Positions 60,773 to 64,000 of a stretch of 64,000 nucleotides of DNA are shown here, in pieces. Position numbers and translations under genes: made by a program. Each line of letters begins with the position of its first letter. The stretch's first letter is position 1. Source of the DNA: Chitinophagales bacterium (lineage in GTDB: Bacteria; Bacteroidota; Bacteroidia; Chitinophagales; Saprospiraceae); contig JAKSDI010000289.1 of the NCBI GenBank assembly GCA_022360175.1, positions 1-64,000 of the forward strand. The letters run 5' to 3'. The notes under the pieces are model-generated. The model did no database searches and was not told the DNA's origin. It worked only from the letters and a program-made list of their open reading frames with translations.

Positions 60773-61978
60773 TTATTCAGGAAGTTGCTCCCATTTTTTT
60801 ATAGCATCTAAAAAATTTTTGTCTCCGGCTTCATAAACTATTTTATTCTCTTTAGTGATGCTATATGCAATAGGTTGGTTTTTAATTTTTCCTGCTTTCC
60901 AAAATTCAAAACATTTTTTCAATAACTCAATATCTCTATCTTTCGTTAAATCCATATCTAATTTATAAAGATTTTTGATTAGTTTTTTCGCTTCTCTATT
61001 CATCCCCTCATCAATATGAATTAGAGGCGAAAGCCTGATAAATCTACTTGTGATATTGTCTCCTAAATTTTTTTTCAGGAAAATCAGAGTTACATAATTA
61101 GCCCAATCAGGTGGTTGATATAAAATAGTTTTTGCCTGATTAAATACCGTTTTCACAAAGAAGCTTATTTGAGCTCCAAGTTTCCAAAATTTTAGTTTTT
61201 TCCTCTTTTCTGAATCTGCCATTTCTTTTAATAAACGATACTTTTCCTTTTCTTCCGTCGACATGACATTATTAGATGTCCCCAAAGAAACGATTGTAAT
61301 ATCTTTAAAATCTACTCCCAGTTTAAAAGCCTCAATTAATCCTGCTAATACGGGGTTATTAAATCCCCCTAATGCCCCATCCCATAATTCATAATGAAAG
61401 TCCCTATTTAGTGGCTTAAATTTCGCTGGGAAATCAAAATATTGAATCGGTGCATTAGAAGATCCATGAATGGCTTGTGTCAGCTTCACAGAATCAAAAA
61501 AATCCTTTTCTTCACCATATGATTTGAAAAATTTTGCCCTATTATTTAAAGCATCATATGTACTAACCACTAGTTTCAAAGAACTTTTCCCTATAAAATC
61601 AGGAAGTTCAGTCATTTTTCGATTATGAACTTCTGGAAAAAATTTTTTAAAAGCTTCTAATTTTTTTGCAGAGCTATATTTGGGTCCAAAAGGGAGGAGC
61701 AATCTAATGTAATCAACTGGAAAATATCTATTTAAGAATTTATTTTTACTAAATATTTGTTCTTTTAATTCTCTATTTGCAAATAATTGAATTGCTTTTT
61801 CTAGCTTCCAATTTTCAGCTAAGGCTGCTAAAACAATACTGCCTCCAGAATTTGCAATGACTAGATCAAATTTCTTTAAGATTTCATGCCCACTTAAATT
61901 ACCATATTTTTCTTTTAATGTTAGAAGTTGTAAAATGGACCAGCTTCCACCTCCATCTAATGATAATATATGATACAT
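60773..61978 (-). CDS. Patatin-like phospholipase
   Basis: LSLDGGGSWS (GGGx box), ANSGGS (GxSxG-like) and WDGALGG (catalytic Asp, DGA/G). Confidence 0.7.
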   Translation of the reverse strand: MYHILSLDGGGSWSILQLLTLKEKYGNLSGHEILKKFDLVIANSGGSIVLAALAENWKLEKAIQLFANRELKEQIFSKNKFLNRYFPVDYIRLLLPFGPKYSSAKKLEAFKKFFPEVHNRKMTELPDFIGKSSLKLVVSTYDALNNRAKFFKSYGEEKDFFDSVKLTQAIHGSSNAPIQYFDFPAKFKPLNRDFHYELWDGALGGFNNPVLAGLIEAFKLGVDFKDITIVSLGTSNNVMSTEEKEKYRLLKEMADSEKRKKLKFWKLGAQISFFVKTVFNQAKTILYQPPDWANYVTLIFLKKNLGDNITSRFIRLSPLIHIDEGMNREAKKLIKNLYKLDMDLTKDRDIELLKKCFEFWKAGKIKNQPIAYSITKENKIVYEAGDKNFLDAIKKWEQLPE

Positions 61979-62203
61979 AGTACTGGGTTTTAGATTTTAA
62001 AAACTTTTAAACTTTCCCATAGAAATTATCGATAATACTAACATGCAACTAAACTTAGTCGCCTTAGGGCTGCTAATGTTTCAAGGGTAGGAATCGTATT
62101 TCATTTCCTCAACATTTTTTCTAGTTAAAATAACATTATCAATGTAATTACTTTTTTTAAGAAAAATCAAAATCCCACTTAATATTCTTTGCCAACAGTT
62201 TAA

Positions 62204-62222
62204 GCAAAAAGCCCCCTTTTGC
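62204..62222 (-). terminator. Hairpin terminator candidate after the 152-aa membrane-protein gene
   Basis: gcaaaa-agccccc-ttttgc starting 18 bp downstream of the stop, in an AT-rich context. Confidence 0.35.
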
Positions 62223-62239
62223 TTGTTGTTATCTGCTGA

Positions 62240-62698
62240 TTAAATTTCTATCAAATTAACTAGAACTAGAATGTAAAGTATTAAGCCGAATATAGCTACC
62301 AAAATATGAGGCATTGCGACATGCGGCCATGTCAAAATTTTAAGATATTTTTTTAATTTATTTTCTTTCCAACTACTTAACCAACTTTTATTCGTTTGTA
62401 GCGGTATCAAAGAATCTATTTCGCCTCTAAAATACCTTTCAATATCAACCACTCTGGAATAGTAAGCCTGTTGAAAAGTTTTCCATTGAATCTCTATTAG
62501 CCAAAAAACAACCGAACTGAGACTTGCTACTAATAAAATAATAGAAGCGTCAACTGCAAAAGCAGCTCCTAGGGCACCAAGACTAAAACTTATGCTCCAG
62601 GCTTTTATTGTTAGTGCTCTTTTATCAAAATCTTCAATAATCGTTTGTATATGAAGATATTCTGCCTTCAGAAGTTGAATCAACTCATTCTTCTTCAT
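62240..62698 (-). CDS. Small 3-TM membrane protein (2-TM hairpin, helical segment, C-terminal TM)
   Basis: 152 aa with TM hairpin residues about 31-73 and a C-terminal TM about 130-150. AT-rich codon usage like the adjacent patatin gene. Confidence 0.5.
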   Translation of the reverse strand: MKKNELIQLLKAEYLHIQTIIEDFDKRALTIKAWSISFSLGALGAAFAVDASIILLVASLSSVVFWLIEIQWKTFQQAYYSRVVDIERYFRGEIDSLIPLQTNKSWLSSWKENKLKKYLKILTWPHVAMPHILVAIFGLILYILVLVNLIEI

Positions 62699-62874
62699 AA
62701 TTTTTTTATACTTAACATTTGTATATCCATGCTGTGTATATATCTATTATGCTTCAATACATTGAAATTTAATTTTCAACAGCTTGTGGTAATACTTTTA
62801 TTGATTGAGTTTATCTTATCTATCTACTATTAATTAATTACAAGTACTTATATTAAAATAATCAAACTGACTCA

Positions 62875-63015
62875 CTACAATATACTCCAATTTCAACAAG
62901 ATTGCAAGACAATGCCTTACACTACAATGCCAAGCCTTCCATCGGCGACTACTAAATTTAAAGTTAGAACGAATATTGCCTTCTGAGAAAAAGCTTGATA
63001 ATTAATAGAGTAAAA
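62875..63015 (-). promoter_or_regulatory. Family B upstream element, copy 4 (one palindrome mismatch, internal deletion of the hairpin)
   Basis: tatactccaatttcaacaagattgcaag ... caatgccaagccttccatcggcgact|actaaa ... ccttctgagaaaaagcttgataattaa. Lies 180 bp upstream of the ORF at 62698. Confidence 0.55.
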
Positions 63016-63049
63016 ATGAAGAGTGTCGCATAAGTATATAGCCCCGTAA

Positions 63050-63322
63050 TTAGCATTCTTCTCTATTCCTTATCATATTGTTAGAAAACACTATATCTAC
63101 CTCTTTTAAAATTCTCACGGCTCTTCTTCTAGATCTCCTTGGAGTCCATTGTATTCTCTCTAATCTCATTAAACTAAGTACTTTGAGCACTTCTTCATCG
63201 CACTCTTTTAATAATCCTTTGATAAATTTCTCCGTGCTAGTATGACCACCTTTTTCTATGATAAAGGATACCTTAACAGTTCCTGTAATCTTATCTTGTT
63301 GAGCTTTTAAGGAAGAGGTCAA
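63050..63322 (-). pseudogene. Isolated TonB-C-terminal-domain fragment (probable gene remnant)
   Basis: 90 aa matching only the C-terminal domain pattern of TonB-family proteins (TGTVKVSFIIEKGG...DEEVLKVLSLM..WTP). It has no TM or Pro-rich region and no upstream continuation in frame. Confidence 0.4.
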
Positions 63323-63437
63323 GTTAATATAATTGTATTAGTAAACTTGTGAGCAGATATCATCATACTAACAATTTTTAAACCTGTTCCAACTCTTGGA
63401 ATACTTATACTGCTTCATTTTCATATCTCTTTCAGGC

Positions 63438-64000
63438 TTATATTCTATCAAATTTTTCTTTATGCTCTGTAGTTTCAAAACCGATGATCTGCTGTTTAGC
63501 ATTTCTTTTGAATGTAATTAGGTGTGAAGCATGAGAGGTAAGAAACTGGTCTTTGCCGATGTAGAAAACAGGGTGTTGTTTATTGTTTATTTTTATGAGT
63601 AACTCTTTGTTTTCTGAATCCATCTCTAACTCAAAGGTTCTGCCTGAATCTGAAGTGTAGCTGCCTTCGTATTCTGCCAAAATGGATACATCGTTCATAT
63701 GCAAATATGGACTATCTCCACTATAGGCTACGCCTTTATTTGGCGTCCACTCATACTCCATATAGAAGGCTGTTTCCGCAGCTTTTTCCAGGCCTTCCAA
63801 TTTAGCTACCAAATGAAGTGCTCCGTCAATGCCAGCAGAAACGCCTGCCGTTGTAATCACCTTTCCATTGTCTACATATCTCGCTCCGCGTAGAACTTCA
63901 ATTTTAGGGTAATTCTGTTCCAATACATCCAGAGTATATCTAAAGGTCGTCGCCTGTTTTCCATCTAATATTCCAGTTTCAGCTAATATCAAAGCCCCGC
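63438..64000 (-). CDS. DJ-1/PfpI-family protein with a C-terminal extension (partial; N-terminus lies beyond the window end)
   Basis: ITTAGVSAGIDGALHLVAKLEG is the conserved C-terminal helix of the DJ-1/PfpI fold. The ORF is open to the window edge. Confidence 0.55.
   Translation of the reverse strand, partial: GALILAETGILDGKQATTFRYTLDVLEQNYPKIEVLRGARYVDNGKVITTAGVSAGIDGALHLVAKLEGLEKAAETAFYMEYEWTPNKGVAYSGDSPYLHMNDVSILAEYEGSYTSDSGRTFELEMDSENKELLIKINNKQHPVFYIGKDQFLTSHASHLITFKRNAKQQIIGFETTEHKEKFDRI

Noticed and set aside
1-64000. Searched for tRNA, rRNA, tmRNA, RNase P and CRISPR signatures
   Set aside because: I saw no tRNA-like T-arm/anticodon structures (GGTTCGAATCC-type), no rRNA-like blocks and no spaced direct-repeat arrays. 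The only repeats are the dispersed families A, B and C.

Overview
This 64 kb window looks like a chromosomal segment from a low-GC member of Bacteroidota. That guess rests on gene content, on Bacteroidota-style promoters (-33 TTTG and -7 TAnnTTTG-like) that lack Shine-Dalgarno sequences, and on the many lipoprotein and signal-peptide exports. I cannot name the species.

Almost every gene is on the minus strand. The layout is:
- **0.2-4.3 kb:** a two-gene operon. A ROCO-type signalling GTPase (LRR, Roc and COR domains) sits upstream of a 425-aa single-pass membrane protein.
- **4.3-5.1 kb:** a divergent promoter region holding two copies of a roughly 95-bp hairpin-rich repeat.
- **5.1-12 kb:** housekeeping genes. 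These are lepA (EF4), an orphan anti-sigma factor of the RskA type, and a YqiJ/NfeD-like protein paired with a flotillin.
- **12.2-14.6 kb:** a compact three-gene operon. It encodes a QueC-like PP-loop ATPase (466 aa, with an N-terminal extension), an HTH protein and a 160-aa protein. This is the best candidate for an undescribed system. It resembles the QueC-like protein-conjugation modules of the QatC/Cap9 type but has different partners.
- **14.7-47.5 kb:** a long accessory run. It holds small detoxification and resistance-type enzymes and their regulators: five or six AraC, plus TetR and Crp. The enzymes are SDRs, GNATs, a VOC protein, methyltransferases, an aldo-keto reductase, DJ-1/PfpI, three class-C-like serine hydrolases and an OXA-like class D beta-lactamase. 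An approximately 80-bp repeat (family A) appears five times in its intergenic regions.
- **47.5-63 kb:** an AT-rich island of exported hydrolases (two MBL-fold, three alpha/beta-hydrolases, one serine beta-lactamase-like) and a MORN-repeat lipoprotein, followed by an AT-rich patatin-like phospholipase with a small 3-TM protein. Four transcription units here share a roughly 150-bp upstream element (family B). It carries a perfect palindrome, CAATCT-N5-AGATTG, lying exactly between the -33 and -7 promoter motifs. One copy contains a 157-bp MITE-like insertion.

I saw no rRNA, tRNA or CRISPR array.
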